Positions 9,967 to 18,919 of a DNA stretch of 64,000 nt are shown here, piece by piece (within the stretch, counting starts at the first letter, position 1; every line of letters begins with the position of its first letter). The notes beneath the pieces were generated by a model. The model was not told the DNA's origin. It did not search any database and was given only the letters and a program-made list of their open reading frames with translations. The translations under genes were made by a program, and so were the position numbers. The stretch covers positions 64,001 through 128,000 of the IMG/VR virus record IMGVR_UViG_3300009152_000030, one strand, 5' to 3'. The DNA is from a virus.

Positions 9967-11488
9967 ATTAAAAGCACAAGTTATTAATCTAAAAAATCTT
10001 GCATCTTCTATTCAAATAATAGATGATGCGGAGAGTAAGATACCTGCGCCAAGTTTAGAAAAAACAAAAGATCCAGTATTTAACTATAGAACAACTCGTC
10101 CATACTTTATGAACGATTGGCAGAAATTAGAACATGATTTTAAGGAGATAGATAAAGTTGCTACCATTGAAGCTTATTTACAAATAAGCTTTGACAAGAA
10201 ACTATCTTTATTTATGAAAGAAGGTTATGAGGTTGTAGGTAAAGATCGAGATCTTGTAGAATACGTAGAGCGCCGCTTGAAGGAAGTTTGTTATGTTAGC
10301 CGGACTACACCTCGCCAGTTTATAACTGATATAGCCAAAAATATTATTAGATATAGTAATTGTTTTGTTCTTGTTAAACGAGATGATAAGACATCTGGCG
10401 GCTATACTAGAACAGACTCTAAAGGCCGCAAAATAGCCCCAATTAGCTCACTTCATGTACTTCCCACCAGTATGATCCAGGTTAAGGTGAACGACCTTAA
10501 GCAGCCCATAAAGTATCGACAATACAGTGAAGAAGACTGGACTGAGAATACTCGTCCTACTGCTATATATGAGCCTAATGAAATTATTCATTTCCATGTT
10601 AATAAGCTTGAAGGCTTTATTGTTGGTACTCCAAGATGCAGCGCAGCAATTGAAGATATTAAAGCTTTGCGTCGCATTGAAACAGATGTAGAAGTTTTAC
10701 TTCATCAAAGTATCTTTCCAATTGTCCAGTACAAGATTGGTACTGATGCCATGCCTGCTACTATTCTTCCAGATGGAAGAGATGAGATTAGTATGGTTAC
10801 TGAGGTTATTAATAATCAGCCACCTGAAGGTTTCTTTGTTACTCCTGAGCGTCATGAAATTAAAATGATTGGCGCAGAGGGTCGTTCGCTTAGAGCCGAA
10901 GGTTATCTTGACTATTTCAAGAAGCGTGTTCTTGCTGCGCTTGGTTTGTCTACGGTTGACATTGGTGAAGGCGATACTGCAAATAGATCAACTGCTGCGA
11001 CTATGTCTAGTAGTCTTATTAATGCAGTAAAGAGTGACCAGCTGGTTTTCGAAGAACAAATCTATGCTCATTTGATTGTTCCTCTTTTACAAGAAAGTGC
11101 TAAAGATAATAGCTTTGACTGGCTAGATCCAGACAATAAAGTTGTTTTAAGATTTAAAGAGATAGATGTTGAAAACCAAATAAAGAAAGAGAATGCTGCA
11201 ATTCAGCTTTGGTTGAACAGCGCCATCAGCCATGATGAGCTTAGAGATCGGATTGGTCTTTCTGCTGCTCAGGAAGATGACTGGGATCATTCTTATTACA
11301 AGATGGTTACAGAAGCCCAAGAGCTCTTGAAACTTGGAGCTAACGTAATGTCACCTATTGCAGAAACCTCTGCTAGAAGTGACAAAACACCTATGTCCTC
11401 GTCTGATTTAAATAAGGCAAGAGAACTACAAGCCAAGTCGGCTGCTAAATCTTCTGGGAAACCTGCTGTTAAAAAAAAAATTCGATAG
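9959..11488 (+). CDS. Portal protein
   Basis: Located between terL and the protease. Portal-like segments: SNCFVLVKR, LHVLPTSMI, EIIHFH...GTP, KRVLAALGL, AISHDELRDRIG. Ends just after an A10 run. Confidence 0.9.
   Translation: MFKLKAQVINLKNLASSIQIIDDAESKIPAPSLEKTKDPVFNYRTTRPYFMNDWQKLEHDFKEIDKVATIEAYLQISFDKKLSLFMKEGYEVVGKDRDLVEYVERRLKEVCYVSRTTPRQFITDIAKNIIRYSNCFVLVKRDDKTSGGYTRTDSKGRKIAPISSLHVLPTSMIQVKVNDLKQPIKYRQYSEEDWTENTRPTAIYEPNEIIHFHVNKLEGFIVGTPRCSAAIEDIKALRRIETDVEVLLHQSIFPIVQYKIGTDAMPATILPDGRDEISMVTEVINNQPPEGFFVTPERHEIKMIGAEGRSLRAEGYLDYFKKRVLAALGLSTVDIGEGDTANRSTAATMSSSLINAVKSDQLVFEEQIYAHLIVPLLQESAKDNSFDWLDPDNKVVLRFKEIDVENQIKKENAAIQLWLNSAISHDELRDRIGLSAAQEDDWDHSYYKMVTEAQELLKLGANVMSPIAETSARSDKTPMSSSDLNKARELQAKSAAKSSGKPAVKKKIR
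11471..11480 (+). other. Candidate -1 slippage site (A10) linking the portal to the downstream frame
   Basis: The -1 frame is closed by TAA at 11470-11472 and then open from 11473 to 12123. The portal stop is at 11486-11488. Confidence 0.6.
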
Positions 11489-12123
11489 CGTCTCCTAGCG
11501 GTAAAACTAATGCGAATGCCGTCAGACCATCAAATCAGCATGGTACTAAAAGCGGCCCAGGAAGTTTAGTTACGAATAGTATTCTGGACTTTGATGAGTA
11601 TCGAGAGGATGTGAATGGATTAGTTAGTCATCTTAAAGAAAAAGCTGACTACGACGTTCATCCTGAATTTACCATTGATGCCGCTTTTGAGCGTTTTTCT
11701 GTTATGCTTAAAGATAACAGTATTAAGGCATACATAAAGGGCTATTCTGAATATGCGGATTCTTCTAATTTAACTTCTGAGACTCACACCGGAAACATAG
11801 AGTTCCAGTTGAAGGTCCAGAAGTTTTTTATAGATAAGTTGCATATTGAAATGCGCAATCGCCAAGGCAATACTATAACTGACACAGCAAAGACTATAGG
11901 TCATAGAATGATGACTATCTATGAGACAGAAAGAATGAGAAGTTATAACTGGGGTGTTTTCAATGCGTTGAAGGATAGTGGCGAAGAATCATACCAGGTA
12001 TATAATCAAAGTAGTCAGTCTATAATAGATAATAGAAAAATCTCAGATAGTAAGTATTATGATTTACCGCCTGATCATCCTAATAGCAAAGTCATTATAA
12101 GGAAGGCTAATGAAGATAAGTAA
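11473..12123 (+). CDS. Mu gpF/SPP1 gp7-like head morphogenesis domain, probably a frameshift extension of the portal (alternative GTG start at 11611)
   Basis: TERMRSYNWG and LPPDHPNSK resemble the TE..A.N.G and PPxHPNCRC motifs of the gpF family, but without the cysteines. There are 46 open codons upstream of the GTG. Confidence 0.6.
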   Translation, partial: KKNSIASPSGKTNANAVRPSNQHGTKSGPGSLVTNSILDFDEYREDVNGLVSHLKEKADYDVHPEFTIDAAFERFSVMLKDNSIKAYIKGYSEYADSSNLTSETHTGNIEFQLKVQKFFIDKLHIEMRNRQGNTITDTAKTIGHRMMTIYETERMRSYNWGVFNALKDSGEESYQVYNQSSQSIIDNRKISDSKYYDLPPDHPNSKVIIRKANEDK

Positions 12124-14848
12124 GAGACTATTACAAGAAGGTATTGTTCAGGACTATTTTGTTAATAGTGTTAAGGGTGATTTTACTCATGAAGTCTGGG
12201 ACAAGAAAAGCCCACACTTTCTTGATTTTAAATACTTTATTAGTGATGGCGTAGCAGAGAACAAGGTTGGTCTAGTAACTCTTACAAAGGTTACTCATGG
12301 GATGAGGCCCACTCAAAATAATCTTATCTATATGCCGTCTGATCTTAAAGACGCAATCCCTACACTTACTAACCCATACAACATTCCTATTAAGCCTATG
12401 CATAAGGAAGTTGCAGTTGTTGATGGTAAGAAAATTGAAAATAGAGAGGTAGGTGCAGTTGGCCGTGCAATTGGTGGAACTTGGGTAGACAACCCTAAGG
12501 CTGCTTATAATGTTAGCTCTACAATGATCAAGGATGGCCTTATGCTTAAGGCTCCTGACGTTGCTATGGCTCCCTATATGAAGAAGTTTGCTAAGTCTGG
12601 AATGATGACTGATGAGGATTTTGAAGGCCTTGGATGGGTACTCGTCAAGGGACTTGTTACGGATCCAGAGGCTGTAGAGAAAACTCTTGATGGGCGCTAT
12701 CTTACAGTTAGCGTTGAAATGACTCCTAATGATCTTTATGATTCTATTAGCGGCAGATCATACAAGACTGACGAAATGGAATGGGATATTGGTGATGACA
12801 TTGATGGCGTTAAAGCTTATGGTGTACCAAGTGGTCTTCGTTACCGTGGCTATGCTTACGTTACACATCCTGCCGACGTTCATGCCAGAGTAATGAATTA
12901 TAAAGAGGTTGGAGGCGATGCTCTTCAGCAATATCTAGATAACTTCAAGACTACTATGGTAATGACTGATTGTTTCAAGAATGCTGTTACTGATATTAGT
13001 GACTCAGAGATTATGGCAAGCTTTGACAATGGTCCAGTTGCAACAATACCAGTTGAAATTGTAGAAGATCATGCTGATCTTTATACTCAACTTTCAGAAG
13101 AAGAAAAAGCTTTGGCTGATTCTTTGATGACTCTTGCTAGTAAAGTCGGACCTCTTGATAAAGCTCCTGGTATTTGGGTTGGCTATGAAAGTGGCCCAGA
13201 GAATGAAAATCTTAGCATTGGTGTTAAGTGCGGAAACTGTGCGCTTCATGCCAGCGAGAATCGTTGTAAAATTATTTCCCAAACCATAGAGCCAAATGGC
13301 TACTGCAGATTTGCTGTTATTCCAGACGGACTTGTAACAGCAAACAAGATAGAACCTATGGAAGACCAAGCCAACCTAACTAATCAAGAGGAGCAAGAAA
13401 TGCCCAGCGTACTATCAGAAGACAATAAGAAGGAAATCCTTTCAATTGTTGACGAATACATTAAGTTAAAGTCTGTTGTTCCTGTAGAAGTAATTTCAGA
13501 ACTTGAAGAGCTACGCTCTGGTAAAGCTATTGCAGATGAAAAGCTTGCTAAAGTTGAACTTGATACTAAGTCACTACTAGACTCTGTTAAAGAGTTTCTT
13601 GCTAGTAACTTCAATGTAGAACTAGCCGATGATATGTCAGCTGAGATGTTTTCTGAGATGGTCAAAACAATCACTATTGATGATGCCGTCTGGACAACTG
13701 CTTACGTTAACAATCTTCCAGATAGTTCATTCTTCTATATCACTCCAGGTGGCGAGAAAGATGAAGAGGGCAAGACTAAGCCTCGTTCACTTCGCCATCT
13801 TCCATACAAGGGAGACGATGGTAAGGTTGATCTTCCTCATCTTCGTAATGCAATTGCTAGAGCACCTCAGGTTAGTGGTCTTGCACCTGAGAAGGTTAAG
13901 TCAATCCAGTCTCGTGCCCAGAAGATGCTTGCACGTATGCAAGATGCTGGCAAGTCCAAGATGGATGAGAGTGAATTTGGTGAAGATATTCAAGATTTAT
14001 TTGGTCCAGAAATGGATGATGAGGCTCAGGGTTTTGTGCCTACACCTGGTATGGCGTCAGCTGCAAAACGTGCTCTTGAGTGGCGTGCAGAGTTTAAGCG
14101 CGGTGGTACTGGCGTAGGCGTAGCGCGTGCACGAGATATTATCAATAAGAAAGAGCTTTCTCCTTCTACTGTTATGCGTATGAAGAGTTTCTTTGCACGT
14201 CATGAAGTTGACAAGAAAGCTTCTGGCTTCAATCAAGGCGAAGAAGGTTTTCCTTCTCCTGGTCGTATTGCTTGGGATCTTTGGGGAGGCGATGGTGGCA
14301 AGAGCTGGGCAAATGCTAAAGCTGCTCAAGTTGAACGTATGAGAGCTGAAGATTCCGTAAAGGGTCCTTGGGTTATGGGCGACTTTGTTTACAATGAGCC
14401 CGCTACTGAGTCTACAATTGAAACTGCAGTTGAAGATGCGTATACTCCAGAAAAGACTTATACAACTCCATCTACTCCCACATTTGCAGTTGGTGATTTT
14501 GTTGCCTATCGTCTTGATAGCAAGGGTAATGAAGTTGGTATTAGTTCAGGTTCACTTGGTGAACAGGATGACGCAGTTGAAATGAAAGAAGGATATGGAG
14601 TGATTGATGCTATGCATAGCAAAGGAACTGTTACTCATGGTCCTGGTCTAAGTGTAGATGCATCAGAGGAAGATCCTGCTACTATTCTTACTATTGCTAA
14701 GATGGGTGAAGATGGCTTGTATGACAAGACTGAGGAAGTAACTGTCAAGAAGAGGTCTGAGCTAAGAAAGATTATGGCTCCTATTGTGTGGAGTAAGAAA
14801 GAGACTCCTCCGCTTGGCGCTTATCCTGCTCCTGGTATAGGTGGCTAA
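12110..14848 (+). CDS. Prohead (capsid maturation) protease with several appended domains
   Basis: N-terminal protease-like region (PMH, AVGR, LDGRYLTVSV, YVTHPAD), located after the portal. Followed by a CxxC..C..C domain, a coiled coil and three more compact domains. Confidence 0.8.
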   Translation: MKISKRLLQEGIVQDYFVNSVKGDFTHEVWDKKSPHFLDFKYFISDGVAENKVGLVTLTKVTHGMRPTQNNLIYMPSDLKDAIPTLTNPYNIPIKPMHKEVAVVDGKKIENREVGAVGRAIGGTWVDNPKAAYNVSSTMIKDGLMLKAPDVAMAPYMKKFAKSGMMTDEDFEGLGWVLVKGLVTDPEAVEKTLDGRYLTVSVEMTPNDLYDSISGRSYKTDEMEWDIGDDIDGVKAYGVPSGLRYRGYAYVTHPADVHARVMNYKEVGGDALQQYLDNFKTTMVMTDCFKNAVTDISDSEIMASFDNGPVATIPVEIVEDHADLYTQLSEEEKALADSLMTLASKVGPLDKAPGIWVGYESGPENENLSIGVKCGNCALHASENRCKIISQTIEPNGYCRFAVIPDGLVTANKIEPMEDQANLTNQEEQEMPSVLSEDNKKEILSIVDEYIKLKSVVPVEVISELEELRSGKAIADEKLAKVELDTKSLLDSVKEFLASNFNVELADDMSAEMFSEMVKTITIDDAVWTTAYVNNLPDSSFFYITPGGEKDEEGKTKPRSLRHLPYKGDDGKVDLPHLRNAIARAPQVSGLAPEKVKSIQSRAQKMLARMQDAGKSKMDESEFGEDIQDLFGPEMDDEAQGFVPTPGMASAAKRALEWRAEFKRGGTGVGVARARDIINKKELSPSTVMRMKSFFARHEVDKKASGFNQGEEGFPSPGRIAWDLWGGDGGKSWANAKAAQVERMRAEDSVKGPWVMGDFVYNEPATESTIETAVEDAYTPEKTYTTPSTPTFAVGDFVAYRLDSKGNEVGISSGSLGEQDDAVEMKEGYGVIDAMHSKGTVTHGPGLSVDASEEDPATILTIAKMGEDGLYDKTEEVTVKKRSELRKIMAPIVWSKKETPPLGAYPAPGIGG

Positions 14849-14861
14849 AGTATAGAAATTA

Positions 14862-14870
14862 TGCTAGAAT
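14862..14870 (+). promoter_or_regulatory. Possible extended -10 promoter for the dps-decoration-MCP genes
   Basis: TG-C-TAGAAT in the AT-rich gap before the GGAGG RBS of dps. Confidence 0.35.
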
Positions 14871-14915
14871 CACTATGTAATTATTAATTTAACTTAATCC
14901 TTTTGGAGGAATAAT

Positions 14916-15728
14916 ATGGAAACTGAAATGACACCTGGCGCTAGCCAAGTAGCTGATGCCCTTGAAGATCTACTTTGTAACGTAGTAGTTTTCTACTTCT
15001 CTGCTCATCGTGCACACTGGAATGTAGCTGGTCCTGACTTTACTGAATATCATCAACTTTTTGGAGCTATCTATGATGACGTTTTTGAGTCAATAGATGA
15101 TCTTGCTGAGAACATTCGTAAGCTTGGTGAGTTTCCTCCTGCTCTTGGTCATATAGTAGAGACGGCATCATTTAAAGATGATTCTACGACTACCGAAGCA
15201 AAAGAACTTGCTCTCGACATTTATAAAAAGAATGTTACTATGATTGCAATGCTTAAGGCTGCTTTTGATGCTTGTAATGCTGCAAACGAACAAGGCGTTG
15301 CTAATTTTGTTGCTGAGCGTATTGATATGCATCAGAAGTGGCAATGGCAACTTGGTTCTTCTTTGCAGACTGCTGGTATGCAAATTCCAGTTGAAGATCC
15401 TGCGCAAGAAGTTACAGAAGAGATGAGTGGTCCTATGGATTCTGCAGAAGAAGCAACAACTGAGATTACAGATAGTTCAGAGTCAGAAGAGATTCTTATT
15501 GAGGATTCTGCTGAGCCTAAAGAGCTGGGTAAGAAGCTTGATGTGAATACCATTGAAGACGCAATAGATACTACAGAGGAATACTACACATCTGTAGAGC
15601 GCAGAGTGGCTAGTAAATACAAAGAATTACGAAATCATGATATAAATAAAGCTGAGAACTATCTTGTTCAACAAGTGCGTTCTGGCTTTGTTTCAGGAAA
15701 GTTTAACCCACTAGATGTGAAAGTCTAA
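14916..15728 (+). CDS. dps: Dps family ferritin-like protein with an acidic C-terminal extension
   Basis: Ferroxidase signature HWNVAGPDFTEYHQLF...DDLAENIRKLG and C-terminal helix HQKWQWQL. About 120 extra residues follow, mostly acidic. GGAGG RBS. Confidence 0.9.
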   Translation: METEMTPGASQVADALEDLLCNVVVFYFSAHRAHWNVAGPDFTEYHQLFGAIYDDVFESIDDLAENIRKLGEFPPALGHIVETASFKDDSTTTEAKELALDIYKKNVTMIAMLKAAFDACNAANEQGVANFVAERIDMHQKWQWQLGSSLQTAGMQIPVEDPAQEVTEEMSGPMDSAEEATTEITDSSESEEILIEDSAEPKELGKKLDVNTIEDAIDTTEEYYTSVERRVASKYKELRNHDINKAENYLVQQVRSGFVSGKFNPLDVKV

Positions 15729-15749
15729 CCCAAATTATAGGAGAAAATT

Positions 15750-17282
15750 ATGGCAACATACAGAAAGTTTAGAGATATCGATTACGGTAAGCCGATTATT
15801 GCCCCTACGCACGGCGACACAGTTGCCCCTCAGAATGACCTTGCCGCTGCGGCTTGGCTTCCTGTCAATGGCAGCGATGCAAACACAGCAATGGGATTCC
15901 ATTCATATGACTACCAACGTCACGTCTTTACCGACAAGATTGTTATTATGCCCGGCAAGCTTGTTGCTCTTACTCGTGAGTCACTTACAGATAGCGGCGC
16001 TGGCCTTGCTGAAATCAATAAGGGTAGTGTTGGCCGTCTAGTCCCCGCTGGTGTTCGTCTTGCCTGGAAGGCTGCGGCTGACACTGTGGATGTTGTCCTT
16101 GAGTATACTGCAGCTGACGTTGCTGAACGCATTGAAGATCTTGGCACTGGTCTACCAGTTGAAGGCGCGAAGACCTATACCAAGCTAGTCCTTGCTGAAA
16201 AGCTTCGTGAGCGTGGTTTACTTACCCCATCAGAGACACTTGATGCCTTTATCTCTCGTCCAATTGGTGTAGCTGCTAACGTGGTTTACGCTTGGGCCGG
16301 TGGTGATGGTACGCAGCCTAAGGGCCTTCGTTTCATGAATTATCGTCGTGAGAACAAGTCAACGTTCTGGACTGGTCAGGACCACACTCTTCGTCTTCCA
16401 GTTGCGCCAGCTAAGTCCTATGACATAGTCAATCTTACCATTGATGGTGATCCTTATGATGCTAGCGCCTCATGGGATGCAACTAAGAAGCTTGTTGTTT
16501 GCGGTGCAGGCAATACTGTTGGTGCTGCATCGGCAACAACAATTGCTCATTTCTACCATGCTACAGATGTTGCTAAAAAGGCTACTTATGCTCAATTAAC
16601 AACTGCCTTTGACAGCCGTTATGCTGCTCTTGCAACAAGCGCAACAGGTCTTGTCATTGCACTTGGTCATCAAGGTGTTGAGTCTAATATTTACAATACT
16701 ATTGAAGTTTGGACTGCTACTTACTCAGGCGGTGACACACTAGTCAAGGGTACAAGCATTACTTCAACTTGGCTAAAGTCCGAGAAGACAAGCCCTGCTG
16801 GTGTTAAAGCTGTAGGCGATTATTTTGTGGATCGTGATCTTGGCCTTCTTTTTGTAGAGGCTAGTTTCCCAGCCACTGGTAATACGGCTATTGGTTTCCG
16901 TCTTGCTGCTGATACCGAAGCATATACAGGTAATGTTTTTGCTGCTGTTGGTAAGGCTGTCAAGCCTGGCGACTATCTTGCTTATGACAGATTTTCAAAC
17001 TTTGTTCCTTACATTGCTCGTCCTGACGAGACCGATAATAATAACGGTGGGTCAGTAGACACTGTTGCTACGGCATTCCATCGTCCAGAGGACATTGTTG
17101 GTAAGTGCTATACTCTTGATCGTTCACCTAAGGCTGATCTTGCTACCGTCAAGACTTTCCATGATTATGAAGGCGTGTCACTCGCTGATCGTACTCCTGG
17201 TTCGGCTAATGACGGTCATCCTGCAGAAATTCATCAATCACTTGGTGGTCAGTTCGCTGCCATCGTGCGCGTCCTACTCTAA
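15750..17282 (+). CDS. Capsid decoration/structural protein
   Basis: Immediately upstream of the MCP. Has IVIMPGKLVAL, PIGVA and VKPGDYL motifs typical of beta-tulip-like decoration proteins, and high-expression codon usage. Confidence 0.65.
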   Translation: MATYRKFRDIDYGKPIIAPTHGDTVAPQNDLAAAAWLPVNGSDANTAMGFHSYDYQRHVFTDKIVIMPGKLVALTRESLTDSGAGLAEINKGSVGRLVPAGVRLAWKAAADTVDVVLEYTAADVAERIEDLGTGLPVEGAKTYTKLVLAEKLRERGLLTPSETLDAFISRPIGVAANVVYAWAGGDGTQPKGLRFMNYRRENKSTFWTGQDHTLRLPVAPAKSYDIVNLTIDGDPYDASASWDATKKLVVCGAGNTVGAASATTIAHFYHATDVAKKATYAQLTTAFDSRYAALATSATGLVIALGHQGVESNIYNTIEVWTATYSGGDTLVKGTSITSTWLKSEKTSPAGVKAVGDYFVDRDLGLLFVEASFPATGNTAIGFRLAADTEAYTGNVFAAVGKAVKPGDYLAYDRFSNFVPYIARPDETDNNNGGSVDTVATAFHRPEDIVGKCYTLDRSPKADLATVKTFHDYEGVSLADRTPGSANDGHPAEIHQSLGGQFAAIVRVLL

Positions 17283-17316
17283 TTAAAATCATAATCTCAA
17301 TAAGGAGAACCGAAAA

Positions 17317-18600
17317 ATGTCAAGACTAAAGCACAAGAACCTAGAAATTGCTGATCAGAGTGAGCTTACAGCGCTCATCAAGAACAACGGTTGGCTTCCT
17401 GGCTCAGACCACTCCAGCGACTCACGTCTTTCAATTGAAGACGCGATTACGTCAGCTGAGCTTGGGCCCTGGGTCAAGCACTCAATTGTTGAGATTATGA
17501 TGGAGCCAATGGAGCCCATGATGAACCTTACCCCACTCCTTGATACCATTCCTGCGCCGGATGGTATTACTGAGTTCCGCCTTCCTGCCCTTTCAGCTTT
17601 CACTGTCCATAAGGTCACTGAGCTTGAAGGTTACCGTGAAGAGCGTGTGACAACTGGCGGTGGTATGGCTACGGCCGCCATCGACAAGTGGGGTGTTATG
17701 ATCTCCCTTACGCAAGAGGCTATCAAGGCTTCCAACTGGAATCTCCTTGGTTATCTTGCCCGTGAGGCTGGTCGTGCTTTCGCTCGCCGCAAGGAGACCG
17801 AAATCGCTAAGCATATCACGAATATCAGCGTTCCTGCGTTTGACAATCTTAATCCTACTCAGTCAGCTCTTGGTATCACGACTGGTCGTGACATCACGAT
17901 GAAGACCAATGGTACTCTTACCATGGATGACCTCTTCAACGCTTATCATCTTCTCATTCAGAGAGGCTTTACCCCTGATACGCTTATCTGCCATCCTCTT
18001 ACGTACCTTATGTTTGTCCGCGACCCCGTCCTTCGTGCATTTGCAATGCAGAGCGGCAGCGGCAATCTCTTTGGCAACTATTCGGGTTCAGCCGCTAACG
18101 TTACCGGTGTTCCTGACGCCGTTAAGGGTGTTCTTTCAAAGGGTTACTCACGCGGTCAGCTTGGTACTGGTGCCGATGGCTCCAAGGCCTCGCTTAAGGA
18201 CTTCAACGTTAATGCCATTACAGCTGCTCCTAACCTTCCTCTTGGTCTTCCGTTTGGCCTTCGCATCGTGACCTCACGCTTCATGCCTTACGATCCTGCT
18301 ACTAAGCTTACCGATATTGTTCTTTGCGATAGCAAGTCACTTGGTGCTCTAATCGTTGGTTCAGGCATTGTTGCTGACGAGTGGGAGGACAAGTACTTTG
18401 AGACCTTCAAGATGAAGTGGTCAGAGAAGTGGGGTATCTTTATGTATAACGAAGGCCAGGGTCTAGTTACGCTTAAGAATATCTTCTGCGACCAGAACTT
18501 CTACTCGCCTGAAATTGCACGTCCTTACTACAATGTTACTGACGGTAGTTTTGATCCTGCTGGCACTGACGTTGATGGTGGCTCTAACTTCCCTGGTTAA
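17317..18600 (+). CDS. Major capsid protein (HK97-fold)
   Basis: 427 aa. Contains KWGVMISLTQEAI, AGRAFARRKE and FTPDTLICHP. TAAGGAG RBS, strong codon bias, followed by a terminator. Confidence 0.9.
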   Translation: MSRLKHKNLEIADQSELTALIKNNGWLPGSDHSSDSRLSIEDAITSAELGPWVKHSIVEIMMEPMEPMMNLTPLLDTIPAPDGITEFRLPALSAFTVHKVTELEGYREERVTTGGGMATAAIDKWGVMISLTQEAIKASNWNLLGYLAREAGRAFARRKETEIAKHITNISVPAFDNLNPTQSALGITTGRDITMKTNGTLTMDDLFNAYHLLIQRGFTPDTLICHPLTYLMFVRDPVLRAFAMQSGSGNLFGNYSGSAANVTGVPDAVKGVLSKGYSRGQLGTGADGSKASLKDFNVNAITAAPNLPLGLPFGLRIVTSRFMPYDPATKLTDIVLCDSKSLGALIVGSGIVADEWEDKYFETFKMKWSEKWGIFMYNEGQGLVTLKNIFCDQNFYSPEIARPYYNVTDGSFDPAGTDVDGGSNFPG

Positions 18601-18620
18601 TAACTAGGTAAGTAATAAAT

Positions 18621-18656
18621 AGCCCTCAGGTCGAAAGGCCTGGGGGCTTTCTTTTT
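18621..18656 (+). terminator. Rho-independent terminator after the MCP
   Basis: 12-bp stem AGCCCTCAGGTC / GGCCTGGGGGCT with a GAAA loop, followed by TTCTTTTT. Confidence 0.9.
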
Positions 18657-18664
18657 GTTATAAT
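18656..18664 (+). promoter_or_regulatory. Extended -10 promoter element
   Basis: Perfect TG-n-TATAAT at the end of the terminator T-tract, upstream of the AGGAG RBS of the ORF at 18699. Confidence 0.5.
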
Positions 18665-18698
18665 GTCGGTATCTAGATATTAGTTACTAGGAGTAGAC

Positions 18699-18917
18699 AT
18701 GAGTGTAGAAGATAGAATTGCAAAAGCTTTAGCCAATATTACTTCTCAGAAGGAAATGGATGCTTTATTTAAGAGGTTGGCTTTTGAAGAATATCAAGCA
18801 ATCATGGAGAATGAAGATGCTGTTGTTGAGGTTGAGAGTCTTGAGACCCAAGAAATTACTTTAGTTACTGGCTGCGAAGTTGAATGTACTCTTGAATCTT
18901 ACATTGAGGAGTTTTAA
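18699..18917 (+). CDS. Small acidic hypothetical protein
   Basis: 72 aa with an AGGAG RBS. Confidence 0.6.
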   Translation: MSVEDRIAKALANITSQKEMDALFKRLAFEEYQAIMENEDAVVEVESLETQEITLVTGCEVECTLESYIEEF

Positions 18918-18919
18918 CA

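Noticed and set aside
5107-18600. Inteins, introns or homing endonucleases in terL, portal or MCP
   Set aside because: Motif spacing is normal. No intein termini or LAGLIDADG/HNH signatures were seen.
14916-18600. Bacterial encapsulin operon (ferritin cargo plus HK97 shell)
   Set aside because: The shell gene is embedded among terminase, portal, sheath and baseplate genes, so it is a phage capsid. The encapsulin comparison is kept only as an analogy.
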